Shown: positions 35,786 through 51,808 of the stretch, in pieces
Numbering within the stretch: position 1 is the first letter of the stretch
How the letters are laid out: the number at the start of each line of letters is the position of its first letter
Origin: Antedon mediterranea
Lineage: Eukaryota; Animalia; Echinodermata
Length of the DNA: 64,000 bases
Reading direction: 5' to 3'
NCBI RefSeq assembly: GCF_964355755.1
Contig: NC_092675.1
Location: forward strand, 4,521,812-4,585,811
Notes under the pieces: generated by a model
Database searches by the model: none
What the model was told of the DNA's origin: nothing
What the model saw: only the letters and a program-made list of their open reading frames with translations
Position numbers and translations under genes: made by a program

Positions 35786-38096
35786 TTAAACATCATCATT
35801 TTTGTAACACACCATGGCATCAACTTTGTGTACTGATGTTGTAAACGAACGTAGCCTTACTTCCTGGGAGTTGATAATCATTCGAGGTCCAGACTCTTCC
35901 CAAGTCTCTGGCGTTTCTTGGTCCTTGTTCGTATAAATCAATAGATCAAACACACCTTAGGAGAGCAAGATCATTGAAATCTTAAGCCCTGTCTACACTA
36001 ACAAACTATAAAAAAATATGATGTACCCATGGACATAATGATGTCATATCACTACCATATTTGGGCACATCATACTTTTTTTGTCAAACTAGTTTGATAG
36101 TGTAGACAGAGCTTTAAGACGATTAAAAAAAAATATATGCATGTTTGATAAATCTGACACCAGGTTGTCGGGTTCAGAGGCATCTGTCCCCCATTTATTG
36201 CAAAATCCTAGATACGCCACTGAGAGGAATTGATTGGCCAATAAACATCTTTGATAGAATGTTAGACTGTATTAACTTTTATTTGGTACTTACATCCAGA
36301 TTCTAATAGTGGCAAAAATGTAACTGTTGCAGTTATTTGGCGAACAACATCTCGGATACCACGATTAATTTCTTCAAGAGATTTCTCCTTAGGCTTACTA
36401 TAATAAATAAAAATGCTAATTAATGCACTGTTTCATTCAGGTAAGTACAGAATTAAAATCTACCTGTATTCATTATAGCCCTGCCATGGGTATAAATTGA
36501 TTCCGGTTCATTGTGTTGTCAGAAGAAAACCATTTAATTTACACTGAAAATAAGTAGTGTGTCTGAAATTTAACGCAGTATGCATTATTTAATTTATATA
36601 AAATTGGTGTTACCTTTCACTATTCATTTCCTTGTCACATTGGATGTCAAACTGCCAGCGTTCAAGAACTTCATTGTCCTCTGTACTTGTAACAACTAAT
36701 ACCAATTTTTGAACAGTCTTTTGAGTTAACCATTCTGTAAGTTAAACAATTATAGTTTTATAATATTCAGAAATTAATGTTGCTACAAATTTAGGTACAT
36801 TTGTCCCTCTCAAAATTCAACTGTTGGTGAAGCTACCAGAGAGTGTAAAGCTCTGTCTACACTATCATTTATCAAGCTAATTTTGACAAAAAAGTGTGAT
36901 GTACCTAAATATGGTAGTTATACAGTATGCCCAAATATGGTAGTGATATAACATCATTATGTCCATAGGCACATCACATTTTTTTGTAATAATAATATAA
37001 AGTTTGACAGTGTAGACAGAGCTTAATGCACTTGTCAATTGTATGACCCACTATACGACCCCCGGGAGAGGTGAGTCATTTGTCCGATGTGCGTCATACT
37101 TTTGAATACCATGACGCACCCGTGCGTCAAAAAGGTGACTTACCTTTGGGTGACCATGACGCACCCATTTTGACGCACTGTGACCATGTTGTTTATGATA
37201 TGGTGGGTGGTAAAGTGACGGACATTGACACACCTTGTTCATTGATGTGACGTACCATCTAGGTTTTTTGACGCACCCCTGCGTCAGTAATTATTTGTAA
37301 ATGACGCACCCATGACGCACCTCTCCCGGGGGTCATATAGTGAGTCATACAATTGACAAGTGCATAATGATCAGTTGGGAAAATATATTATTATTAAGGG
37401 ATGATACTTAACCCAGTAAACCTACCTTTCAACTGAGTAACAATATTATTCAGATAGTTCTTCAAATCCTCGTCTGTAGTGGTCCACATGGTGAGATTGT
37501 ACTTACTTGAGCGGCTGAAGGACTCAGACGGGTAGATACCACGTTGATACAGAATACTGTTGATTCCATAATCTATTTAGTATTAAAAATACAAAAATAT
37601 AGACTATTATAGGCCTAGTTATAAAAACTACACACACAGCAGAACATAGCCTAGGCCCTAGTACTAGTAAGTAGAGTTTTTATTGCGATTGGTCAAATTA
37701 CTTTTTGGTTGCACTTGCAAATACAAGTTAAATCATTCATAATATAAAAATCCACCTATCTATGATTTATAGCCAGGCCTCTCTAGCATATTCTTGCTCT
37801 AGGCTATAATGGTGCGATGAATGAATGTACAGGCATACGGCTAGAGGGACGAAACGACTAACTAAACAAGGCTAGAAGCCTACTAGGCCTAGTACTACTA
37901 GCTAGCACTGTACTGTAATAACTGGGCTGGCCTAGCTAGGGCGGCCCTAAGAGGCATATGGTCATGTCCTAGCCTAAAAATAGTTAACTATCATCAATTT
38001 TGAACACAAATACATGTTATTACAAAAGAATTCCGCAACAATTTCACTGGAGCCTTTCAGTGTGATCTTGCTTTTTGCAGCTTGTTTAGTTGTCAT
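35786..38096 (-). CDS. MAD2L1: Mitotic spindle assembly checkpoint protein MAD2 (HORMA domain), 5 coding exons, ~204 aa
   Basis: Exons 38024-38096, 37426-37572, 36614-36734, 36294-36397, 35786-35955. Translation: [91 protein letters not shown]. Confidence 0.97.
35985..36113. mobile_element. MITE family A
   Basis: TTA|AGCCCTGTCTACAC...GTGTAGACAGAGCT|TTA. Confidence 0.8.
36849..37023. mobile_element. MITE family A
   Basis: TAA|AGCTCTGTCTACAC...GTGTAGACAGAGCT|TAA. Confidence 0.8.
37027..37364. mobile_element. MITE family B with ~47-bp TIRs and TAA TSD
   Basis: TAA|TGCACTTGTCAATTGTATGAC..CCCCCGGGAGAGGTG ... CACCTCTCCCGGGGG..GTCATACAATTGACAAGTGCA|TAA, with internal TGACGCACC repeats. Confidence 0.8.
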
Positions 38097-38111
38097 TTTT
38101 GTAGAAGTTAT

Positions 38112-38216
38112 ATTTGCCGCACGAAAATCAAAAAAGTGTTGATGATCGATGGGTGGTGTGGGATGGATGAATTGATTGGTTGTTGTGTCACAACAATAGA
38201 GGGCGCTATATTCAAA
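38112..38216 (-). promoter_or_regulatory. MAD2 cell-cycle promoter motifs (CHR-like TTTGAA, CCAAT box, E2F-like)
   Basis: Minus strand has TTTGAA (38211-38216), CCAATCA (38173-38179) and TTTCGTGCGGCAAA just upstream of the ATG. Confidence 0.4.
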
Positions 38217-38493
38217 AATACAATAAAAGAACAAAAATTCTTTTTTTTGTATTTTTGTATTAATTTATAATTTGTTGATGGCCTCCATGATCTATAAGAA
38301 AATAAATAAGTCCAAATAAAATATTGGTGCGTTTCGCAAACTCTCTGTTATTTTTTTTCAATGTAGAAAAGTGATTGAAAGATATATTTACTCATACAAG
38401 ACTTATTACAAGATGTTAGTACTGTATCTTGACTTCATTGATTTTATACGGTGGCTGATTTCCGCCAAAGAAAAAAATCATTTTAATAATAAC

Positions 38494-38644
38494 GCGTTAT
38501 AACGCCGTATTAGGGCGTTATAACGCCGTATTAGGGCATTATAACGCCGTAATTAGGGCGTTATAACGCCCTAATTTAGGGCGTTATAACGCCCTAAATA
38601 CGGCCTTATAACGCCCTAAATACGGCCTTATAACGCCCTAAATA
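38494..38644. repeat. Inverted array of ~21-bp TTATAACGCC repeats (large imperfect palindrome)
   Basis: (GCCGTATTAGGGCGTTATAAC)x3 facing (TTATAACGCCCTAAATACGGCC)x3. Confidence 0.85.
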
Positions 38645-38709
38645 TACAATCTGTTCACACGTACATGCGCATGCGTAGTACATCAACAAACCCAGAGCCA
38701 CAAAGCCAC

Positions 38710-38746
38710 AACCGAAAGGTTGGTGGTTCAAGCCCACCCAGAAACG
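38710..38746 (+). pseudogene. 3' half of tRNA-Asn at the array's left edge
   Basis: AACCGAAAGGTTGGTGGTTCAAGCCCACCCAGAAACG with no 5' half upstream. Confidence 0.85.
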
Positions 38747-38831
38747 ATATGGAATTACTCAATTTTTATTTTATTTTATATAAAAATTTCGCAAATTCCA
38801 AACAATAAAACATTGTAACCAATATGTCTCT

Positions 38832-38892
<61 letters not shown>

Positions 38893-38994
38893 AGAAACGA
38901 TGTGGATTTACTCAATTTCTATTTTATTTTTTATAACAATTTAACAAATTCCAAACAATAAAACATTGTAACCAATATGTCTCTGTGGCACAAC

Positions 38995-39045
<51 letters not shown>

Positions 39046-39150
39046 AGGGACGGTATGCTGTTAATCAATTTCGATTATATTTTTTATAAAAATTTCACAA
39101 ATTCTAAACAATAAAACAATCTAACCAGTATGTCTCTGTGGCGCAATCGC

Positions 39151-39195
<45 letters not shown>

Positions 39196-39294
39196 TCCAG
39201 GAACGATATGATTTTACACAATTTCTATTTTATTTATTATAAAAATTTCAAAAATTCCAAACAATAAAACAATCTAAACAGTATGTCTCTGTGA

Positions 39295-39343
<49 letters not shown>

Positions 39344-39437
39344 ATCCACCCAGGGACGATATGCTTTTAATCAATTTCTAATTTATTTTTTATAAAAATT
39401 TCAAAAATTCCAAACAATAAAACAATCTAACCAGTAT

Positions 39438-39443
39438 GTCTCT

Positions 39444-39504
<61 letters not shown>

Positions 39505-39511
39505 AGGGACG
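39438..39511 (+). tRNA. tRNA-Asn-GTT: tRNA-Asn(GTT), representative consensus copy of the array
   Basis: Full cloverleaf with A box TGGCGCAATCGG, B box GGTTCAAGCCC and anticodon GTT. Confidence 0.95.
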
Positions 39512-39597
39512 ATATGATCTTACACAATTTCTATTTTATTTTTAATAAAAATTTCAAAAATTCCAAAAAAATAAAACAATCTAACCAGTATGCCTCT

Positions 39598-39630
<33 letters not shown>

Positions 39631-39750
39631 ACGAAAGGTTGGTGGTTCAAATCCACCCTGGGACGATATGATTTTACACAATTTTTATTTTATTTTTTAT
39701 AAAAATTTTAAATATTCCAAACAATAAAACAATCTAATCAGTATGTCTCT

Positions 39751-39811
<61 letters not shown>

Positions 39812-39903
39812 AGGGACGATATGATTTTACACAATTTCTATTTTATTTTTTATAAAAAGTTCAAAAATTCCAAACAATAAAACAATCTAATCAGTATGTC
39901 TCT

Positions 39904-39964
<61 letters not shown>

Positions 39965-40066
39965 AGGGACGATATGATTTTACACAATTTCTATTTCATT
40001 TTTTATAAAAATTTCAAAAATTCAAAACAATAAAACATTCTAATCAGTATGTCTCTGTGGCGCAAG

Positions 40067-40117
<51 letters not shown>

Positions 40118-40219
40118 AGGGACGATATGATTTTACTCAATTTCTATTTTATCTTGTATAAAATTTTCACAAATTCAAAACAATAAAACATTCTAACCAG
40201 TATGTCTCTGTGGCGCAAC

Positions 40220-40265
<46 letters not shown>

Positions 40266-40372
40266 AACCCAGGGACGATATGATTTTACTCAATTTCTAT
40301 TTTATCTTGTATAACATTTTCACAAATTCAAAACAATAAAACATTCTAACCAGTATGTCTCTGAGGCGCAAC

Positions 40373-40423
<51 letters not shown>

Positions 40424-40518
40424 AGGGACGATATGGAATTACTCAATTTTTATTTATTTTTTATAACAATTTCACAAATTCCAAACAATAAAACAATCAA
40501 AACCTATAATATGTCTCT

Positions 40519-40579
<61 letters not shown>

Positions 40580-40834
40580 AGGGACGATATGATTTTACTC
40601 CATTTCTATTTTATCTTGTATAGGCCTAAAAATTTGACAAATTCCAAACAATAAAATATTCTAACCTATATGTCTCTGTGGCGCAATCGGTTAGCGCGTT
40701 CGGCTGGCTGTTAACCGAAAGGTTGGTGGTTTAAGCCCACCCAGGGACGATATAATTTTACTCAATTTCTATTTTATTTTTTATAAAAATTTCACAAATT
40801 CCAAACAATAAAACAATCTAACCAGTATGTCTCT

Positions 40835-40895
<61 letters not shown>

Positions 40896-40988
40896 AGGGA
40901 CGATATGATTTTACACAATTTCTATTTTATTTTTTATAAAAAATTTCATAAATTCCAAACAATAAAACAATCTAACCAGTATGTCTCT

Positions 40989-41049
<61 letters not shown>

Positions 41050-41141
41050 AGGGACGATATGATCTTACACAATTTCTATTTTATTTATTATAACAATTTC
41101 AAAAATTCCAAACAATAAAACAATCTAACCAGTATGTCTTT

Positions 41142-41202
<61 letters not shown>

Positions 41203-41447
41203 AGGGACGATATAATTTTACACAATTTCTATTTTATATTTTATAAAAATTTCACAAATTCCAAACAATAAAACAATCTAACCAGTATGTCTCTGTGGCG
41301 CAATCGGTTAGCGCGTTCGGATGTTAACCGAAAGGTTGGTGGTTCAAATCCACCCAGGGACGATATGCTTTTAATCAATTTCTAATTTATTTTTTATAAA
41401 AATTTCAAAAATTCCAAACAATAAAACAATCTAACCAATATGTCTCT

Positions 41448-41493
<46 letters not shown>

Positions 41494-41625
41494 TGTTCAA
41501 GCCCACCCAGGGACGATATGATTTTACTCAATTTCTATTTAATTTTTCATAAAATTTCACAATTCCAACCCATAAAATATTCTAACCTATATGTCTCTGT
41601 GGCGCAATCGGTTAGCGCGTTCTGG

Positions 41626-41656
<31 letters not shown>

Positions 41657-41756
41657 ACAAGGGACTATACCGTATGGTTTTAATCAATTTCTATTTTATT
41701 TTTTATAAAAATTTCACAAATTCCAAACAATAAAACATTGTAACCAGTATGTCTCT

Positions 41757-41812
<56 letters not shown>

Positions 41813-41919
41813 AACCCAGGGACGATATGATTTTACTCAATTTCTATTTTATCTTGTATAAAATTTTCACAAATTCAAAACAATAAAACATTCTAACCAG
41901 TATGTCTCTGAGGCGCAAC

Positions 41920-41970
<51 letters not shown>

Positions 41971-42062
41971 AGGGACGATATGATTTTACACAATTTCTAT
42001 TTTATTTTTTATAAAAAGTTCAAAATTTCCAAACAATAAAACAATCTAACCAGTATGTCTCT

Positions 42063-42120
<58 letters not shown>

Positions 42121-42215
42121 TCCAGGAACGATAGGATTTTACACAATTTCTATTTTATTTTTTATAAAAATTTCACAAATTCCAAACAATAAAACAATCT
42201 AACCAATATGTCTCT

Positions 42216-42261
<46 letters not shown>

Positions 42262-42393
42262 TGTTCAAGCCCACCCAGGGACGATATGATTTTACTCAAT
42301 TTCTATTTAATTTTTCATAAAATTTCACAATTCCAACCCATAAAATATTCTAACCTATATGTCTCTGTGGCGCAATCGGTTAGCGCGTTCTGG

Positions 42394-42424
<31 letters not shown>

Positions 42425-42524
42425 ACAAGGGACTATACCGTATGGTTTTAATCAATTTCTATTTTATTTTTTATAAAAATTTCACAAATTCCAAACAATA
42501 AAACATTGTAACCAGTATGTCTCT

Positions 42525-42585
<61 letters not shown>

Positions 42586-42687
42586 AGGGACGATATGATT
42601 TTACACAATTTCTATTTCATTTTTTATAAAAATTTCAAAAATTCAAAACAATAAAACATTCTAACCAGTATGTCTCTGTGGCGCAAG

Positions 42688-42738
<51 letters not shown>

Positions 42739-42840
42739 AGGGACGATATGATTTTACTCAATTTCTATTTTATCTTGTATAAAATTTTCACAAATTCAAA
42801 ACAATAAAATATTCTAACCAGTATGTCTCTGTGGCGCAAC

Positions 42841-42886
<46 letters not shown>

Positions 42887-42993
42887 AACCCAGGGACGAT
42901 ATGATTTTACTCAATTTCTATTTTATCTTGTATAACATTTTCACAAATTCAAAACAATAAAACATTCTAACCAGTATGTCTCTGAGGCGCAAC

Positions 42994-43044
<51 letters not shown>

Positions 43045-43139
43045 AGGGACGATATGGAATTACTCAATTTTTATTTATTTTTTATAACAATTTCACAAAT
43101 TCCAAACAATAAAACAATCAAAACCTATAATATGTCTCT

Positions 43140-43200
<61 letters not shown>

Positions 43201-43455
43201 AGGGACGATATGATTTTACTCCATTTCTATTTTATCTTGTATAGGCCTAAAAATTTGACAAATTCCAAACAATAAAATATTCTAACCTATATGTCTCTGT
43301 GGCGCAATCGGTTAGCGCGTTCGGCTGGCTGTTAACCGAAAGGTTGGTGGTTTAAGCCCACCCAGGGACGATATAATTTTACTCAATTTCTATTTTATTT
43401 TTTATAAAAATTTCACAAATTCCAAACAATAAAACAATCTAACCAGTATGTCTCT

Positions 43456-43516
<61 letters not shown>

Positions 43517-43609
43517 AGGGACGATATGATTTTACACAATTTCTATTTTATTTTTTATAAAAAATTTCATAAATTCCAAACAATAAAACAATCTAACCAG
43601 TATGTCTCT

Positions 43610-43670
<61 letters not shown>

Positions 43671-43762
43671 AGGGACGATATGATCTTACACAATTTCTAT
43701 TTTATTTATTATAACAATTTCAAAAATTCCAAACAATAAAACAATCTAACCAGTATGTCTTT

Positions 43763-43823
<61 letters not shown>

Positions 43824-44068
43824 AGGGACGATATAATTTTACACAATTTCTATTTTATATTTTATAAAAATTTCACAAATTCCAAACAATAAAACAATCT
43901 AACCAGTATGTCTCTGTGGCGCAATCGGTTAGCGCGTTCGGATGTTAACCGAAAGGTTGGTGGTTCAAATCCACCCAGGGACGATATGCTTTTAATCAAT
44001 TTCTAATTTATTTTTTATAAAAATTTCAAAAATTCCAAACAATAAAACAATCTAACCAATATGTCTCT

Positions 44069-44129
<61 letters not shown>

Positions 44130-44221
44130 AGGGACGATATGCTTTTACTCAATTTCTATTTAATTTTTCATAAAAATTTCACAAATTGCAAACAATAAAA
44201 CAATTTAATCAGTATGTCTCT

Positions 44222-44282
<61 letters not shown>

Positions 44283-44374
44283 AGAGACGATATGATTTTA
44301 CACAATTTTTATTTTATTTTTTATAAAAATTTTAAAAATTCCAAACAATAAAACAATCTAATCAGTATGTCTCT

Positions 44375-44435
<61 letters not shown>

Positions 44436-44527
44436 AGGGACGATATGATTTTACACAATTTCTATTTTATTTTTTATGAAAAGTTCAAAAATTCCAAACA
44501 ATAAAACAATCTAATCAGTATGTCTCT

Positions 44528-44588
<61 letters not shown>

Positions 44589-44690
44589 AGGGACGATATG
44601 ATTTTACACAATTTCTATTTCATTTTTTATAAAAATTTCAAACATTCAAAACAATAAAACATTCTAACCAGTATGTCTCTGTGGCGCAAG

Positions 44691-44741
<51 letters not shown>

Positions 44742-44843
44742 AGGGACGATATGATTTTACTCAATTTCTATTTTATCTTGTATAAAATTTTCACAAATTC
44801 AAAACAATAAAACATTCTAACCAGTATGTCTCTGTGGCGCAAC

Positions 44844-44889
<46 letters not shown>

Positions 44890-44996
44890 AACCCAGGGAC
44901 GATATGATTTTACTCAATTTCTATTTTATCTTGTATAACATTTTCACAAATTCAAAACAATAAAACATTCTAACCAGTATGTCTCTGAGGCGCAAC

Positions 44997-45047
<51 letters not shown>

Positions 45048-45155
45048 AGGGACGATATGGAATTACTCAATTTTTATTTATTTTTTATAACAATTTCACA
45101 AATTCCAAACAATAAAACAATCAAAACCTATAATATGTCTCTGTGGCGCAATCGC

Positions 45156-45203
<48 letters not shown>

Positions 45204-45458
45204 AGGGACGATATGATTTTACTCCATTTCTATTTTATCTTGTATAGGCCTAAAAATTTGACAAATTCCAAACAATAAAATATTCTAACCTATATGTCTC
45301 TGTGGCGCAATCGGTTAGCGCGTTCGGCTGGCTGTTAACCGAAAGGTTGGTGGTTTAAGCCCACCCAGGGACGATATAATTTTACTCAATTTCTATTTTA
45401 TTTTTTATAAAAATTTCACAAATTCCAAACAATAAAACAATCTAACCAGTTAGTCTCT

Positions 45459-45519
<61 letters not shown>

Positions 45520-45612
45520 AGGGACGATATGATTTTACACAATTTCTATTTTATTTTTTATAAAAAATTTCATAAATTCCAAACAATAAAACAATCTAAC
45601 CAGTATGTCTCT

Positions 45613-45673
<61 letters not shown>

Positions 45674-45765
45674 AGGGACGATATGATCTTACACAATTTC
45701 TATTTTATTTATTATAACAATTTCAAAAATTCCAAACAATAAAACAATCTAACCAGTATGTCTTT

Positions 45766-45826
<61 letters not shown>

Positions 45827-45945
45827 AGGGACGATATAATTTTACACAATTTCTATTTTATATTTTATAAAAATTTCACAAATTCCAAACAATAAAACAA
45901 TCTAACCAGTATGTCTCTGTGGCGCAATCGGTTAGCGCGTTCGGA

Positions 45946-45979
<34 letters not shown>

Positions 45980-46071
45980 AGAAACGATGTGGATTTACTC
46001 AATTTTTATTTTATTTTTTATAAAAATGTCACAAATTCCAAACAATAAAACAATCTAACCAATATGTCTCT

Positions 46072-46117
<46 letters not shown>

Positions 46118-46249
46118 TGTTCAAGCCCACCCAGGGACGATATGATTTTACTCAATTTCTATTTAATTTTTCATAAAATTTCACAATTCCAACCCATAAA
46201 ATATTCTAACCTATATCTCTCTGTGGCGCAATCGGTTAGCGCGTTCTGG

Positions 46250-46280
<31 letters not shown>

Positions 46281-46380
46281 ACAAGGGACTATACCGTATG
46301 GTTTTAATCAATTTCTATTTTATTTTTTATAAAAATTTCACAAATTCCAAACAATAAAACATTGTAACCAGTATGTCTCT

Positions 46381-46436
<56 letters not shown>

Positions 46437-46543
46437 AACCCAGGGACGATATGATTTTACTCAATTTCTATTTTATCTTGTATAAAATTTTCACAAATTC
46501 AAAACAATAAAACATTCTAACCAGTATGTCTCTGAGGCGCAAC

Positions 46544-46594
<51 letters not shown>

Positions 46595-46686
46595 AGGGAC
46601 GATATGATTTTACACAATTTCTATTTTATTTTTTATAAAAAGTTCAAAATTTCCAAACTATAAAACAATCTAACCAGTATGTCTCT

Positions 46687-46744
<58 letters not shown>

Positions 46745-46839
46745 TCCAGGAACGATAGGATTTTACACAATTTCTATTTTATTTTTTATAAAAATTTCAC
46801 AAATTCCAAACAATAAAACAATCTAACCAATATGTCTCT

Positions 46840-46885
<46 letters not shown>

Positions 46886-47017
46886 TGTTCAAGCCCACCC
46901 AGGGACGATATGATTTTACTCAATTTCTATTTAATTTTTCATAAAATTTCACAATTCCAACCCATAAAATATTCTAACCTATATGTCTCTGTGGCGCAAT
47001 TGGTTAGCGCGTTCTGG

Positions 47018-47048
<31 letters not shown>

Positions 47049-47148
47049 AAAAGGGACTATACCGTATGGTTTTAATCAATTTCTATTTTATTTTTTATAA
47101 AAATTTTACAAATTCCAAACAATAAAACATTGTAACCAGTATGTCTCT

Positions 47149-47204
<56 letters not shown>

Positions 47205-47311
47205 AACCCAGGGACGATATGATTTTACTCAATTTCTATTTTATCTTGTATAAAATTTTCACAAATTCAAAACAATAAAACATTCTAACCAGTATGTCTC
47301 TGAGGCGCAAC

Positions 47312-47362
<51 letters not shown>

Positions 47363-47454
47363 AGGGACGATATGATTTTACACAATTTCTATTTTATTTT
47401 TTATAAAAAGTTCAAAAATTCCAAACAATAAAACAATCTAACCAGTATGTCTCT

Positions 47455-47512
<58 letters not shown>

Positions 47513-47607
47513 TCCAGGAACGATAGGATTTTACACAATTTCTATTTTATTTTTTATAAAAATTTCACAAATTCCAAACAATAAAACAATCTAACCAATA
47601 TGTCTCT

Positions 47608-47668
<61 letters not shown>

Positions 47669-47760
47669 AGGGACGATATAATTTTACACAATTTCTATTT
47701 TATTTTTTATAAAAATTTCACAAATTCCAAACAATAAAACATTCTAACCAGTATGTCTCT

Positions 47761-47795
<35 letters not shown>

Positions 47796-47913
47796 TAGAG
47801 GTTGGTGGTTCAAGCCCACCCAGGGACGATATGATTTTACTCAATTTCTATTTTATCTTTTATACAAATTTTACAAATTCCAAACAATAAAACAATCTAA
47901 CCAGTATGTCTCT

Positions 47914-47974
<61 letters not shown>

Positions 47975-48224
47975 AGGGACGATAGGATTTTACACAATTT
48001 TTATTTTATTTTTTATAAAAATGTCACAAATTCCAAACAATAAAACATTGTAACCAATATGTCTCTGTGGCACAATCGGTTAGCGCGTTCGGCTGTTAAC
48101 CCAGAGGTTGGTGGTTCAAGCCCACCCAGGGACGATATGATTTTACTCAATTTCTATTTTATCATTTATACAAATTTTACAAATTCCAAACAATAAAACA
48201 ATCTAACCAGTATGTCTAGTCTCT

Positions 48225-48285
<61 letters not shown>

Positions 48286-48386
48286 AGAGACGATATGATT
48301 TTACTAGATTTCTATTTTATTTTTTATAAAAATTTCACAATTCCAACCCATAAAATATTCTAACCTATATGTATCTGTGGCGCAAA

Positions 48387-48434
<48 letters not shown>

Positions 48435-48529
48435 TCCAGGGACGATATGCTGTTAATCAATTTCGATTTTATTTTTTATAAAAATTTCAAAAATTCCTAA
48501 CAATAAAACAATCTAACCTATATGTCTCT

Positions 48530-48590
<61 letters not shown>

Positions 48591-48710
48591 AGGGACGATA
48601 TGATTTAACACAATTTCTATTTTATTTTTTATAAAAATTTCAAAAATTCCAAACAATAAAACAATCTAACCAGTATGTCTCTGTGGCGCAATCGGTTAGC
48701 GTGTTCGGCT

Positions 48711-48747
<37 letters not shown>

Positions 48748-48839
48748 AGGGACGATATAACTTTACACAATTTCTATTTTATATTTTATAAAAATTTCAA
48801 AAATTCCAAACAATAAAACAATCTAACCAGTATGTCTCT

Positions 48840-48895
<56 letters not shown>

Positions 48896-48992
48896 ATCCC
48901 AGGGACGGTATGATTTTACTCAATTTCTATTTTATCTTGTATAAAATTTTAACAAATTCCAAACAATAAAACAATCTAACCAGTATGTCTCT

Positions 48993-49048
<56 letters not shown>

Positions 49049-49163
49049 ATCCCAGGGACGGTATGATTTTACTCAATTTCTATTTTATCTTGTATAAAAT
49101 TTTAACAAATTTCAAACAATAAAACAATCTAACCAGTATGTCTCTGTGGCGCAATCGGTTAGT

Positions 49164-49194
<31 letters not shown>

Positions 49195-49309
49195 GCAAGC
49201 CCACCCAGGGACGATATGCTTTTACTCAATTTCTATTAAATTTTTTATAAAAATGTGACAAATTTCAAACAATAAAACATTCTAACCAGTATGTCTCTGT
49301 GGCGCAATT

Positions 49310-49359
<50 letters not shown>

Positions 49360-49467
49360 AGGGACGATATGATCTTACACAATTTCTATTTTATTTTTTA
49401 TAAAAATTTCACAAATTCCAAACAATAAAACAATCTAACATATGTCTCTGTGGCGCAATCGGTTAGT

Positions 49468-49510
<43 letters not shown>

Positions 49511-49616
49511 AGGGGCGATATGGAATTACAAAATTTTTATTTATTTTTTATAACAATTTCACAAATTCCAAACAATAAAACAATCAAAACCTATAATATG
49601 TCTCTGTGGCGCAATT

Positions 49617-49666
<50 letters not shown>

Positions 49667-49758
49667 AGAAACGATGTGGATTTACTCAATTTCGATTTTA
49701 TTTTATATAAAAATTTCACAAATTTCAAACAATAAAACATTCTAACCAATATGTCTCT

Positions 49759-49819
<61 letters not shown>

Positions 49820-49910
49820 AGGGACGATATGCTTTTACTCAATTTCTATTATATTTTTTATAAAAATTTCACAATTCCAACCCATAAAACCTTCTAACCA
49901 ATATGTCTCT

Positions 49911-49957
<47 letters not shown>

Positions 49958-50063
49958 TTTCAAGCCCACACAGGGACGACATGATTTTAATAAATTTCTA
50001 TTTTATCTTTTATACAAATTTCAAAAATTCCAAACAATAAAACAATCTAACCAGTATGTCTTT

Positions 50064-50124
<61 letters not shown>

Positions 50125-50216
50125 AGGGACGATATGATTTTACTCAATTTCTATTTTATTTTTTATAACAATTTCACAAATTCCAAACAATAAAAAATTC
50201 TAACCAATATGTCTCT

Positions 50217-50269
<53 letters not shown>

Positions 50270-50384
50270 ACCCACCCAGGGACGATATGATTTTACTCAA
50301 TTTCTATTTTATTTTTTATAAAAATTTTACAAATTCCAAACAATAAAACATTGTAACCAATATGTCTTTGTGGAGCAATCGGTG

Positions 50385-50425
<41 letters not shown>

Positions 50426-50522
50426 ATCCCAGGGACGATATGATTTTACTCAATTTCTATTTTATTTTTTATAAAAATTTCACAAATTTCGGACAATAAA
50501 ACATTCTAACCGATATGTCTCT

Positions 50523-50583
<61 letters not shown>

Positions 50584-50697
50584 AGGGACGATATGATTTA
50601 ACTCGTTTTCTATTTTATTTTTTATAAAAATTTCACAAATTCCAAACAATAAAACAATCTAACCAGTATGTCTCTGTGGCGCAATCGGTTAGCGCGC

Positions 50698-50736
<39 letters not shown>

Positions 50737-50855
50737 AGGGACGATATAATTTTACTCGTTTTCTATTTTATTTTTTATAAAAATTTCACAAATTCCAAAC
50801 AATAAAACAGTCTAACCAGTATGTCTCTGTGGCGCAATCGGTTAGCGCGTTCGGT

Positions 50856-50889
<34 letters not shown>

Positions 50890-50982
50890 AGGGACGATAT
50901 GATTTTACACAATTTCTATTTTATTTTTTATAAAAAATTTCATAAATTCCAAACAATAAAAAAATCTAACCAGTATGTCTCT

Positions 50983-51043
<61 letters not shown>

Positions 51044-51135
51044 AGGGACGATATGATCTTACACAATTTCTATTTTATTTATTATAAAAATTTCAAAAAT
51101 TCCAAACAATAAAACAATCTAACCAGTATGTTTCT

Positions 51136-51196
<61 letters not shown>

Positions 51197-51309
51197 AGGG
51201 ACGATATAATTTTACACAATTTCTATTTTATATTTTATAAAAATTTCAAAAATTCCAAACAATAAAACAATCTAACCAGTATGTCTCTGTGGCGCAATCG
51301 GTTAGCGCA

Positions 51310-51349
<40 letters not shown>

Positions 51350-51462
51350 AGGGACGATATAATTTTACACAATTTCTATTTTATATTTTATAAAAATTTC
51401 AAAAATTCCAAACAATAAAACAATCTAACCAGTATGTCTCTGTGGCGCAATCGGTTAGCGCT

Positions 51463-51502
<40 letters not shown>

Positions 51503-51594
51503 AGGGACGGTATGATTTTACTCAATTTCTATTTTATCTTGTATAAAATTTTAACAAATTCCAAACAATAAAACAATCTAACCAGTATGTCTCT

Positions 51595-51655
<61 letters not shown>

Positions 51656-51747
51656 AGGGACGATATGCTTTTACACAATTTCTATTTTATCTTTTATAAA
51701 AATTTCAAAAATTCCTAACAATAAAACAATCTAATCAGTATGTCTCT

Positions 51748-51808
<61 letters not shown>

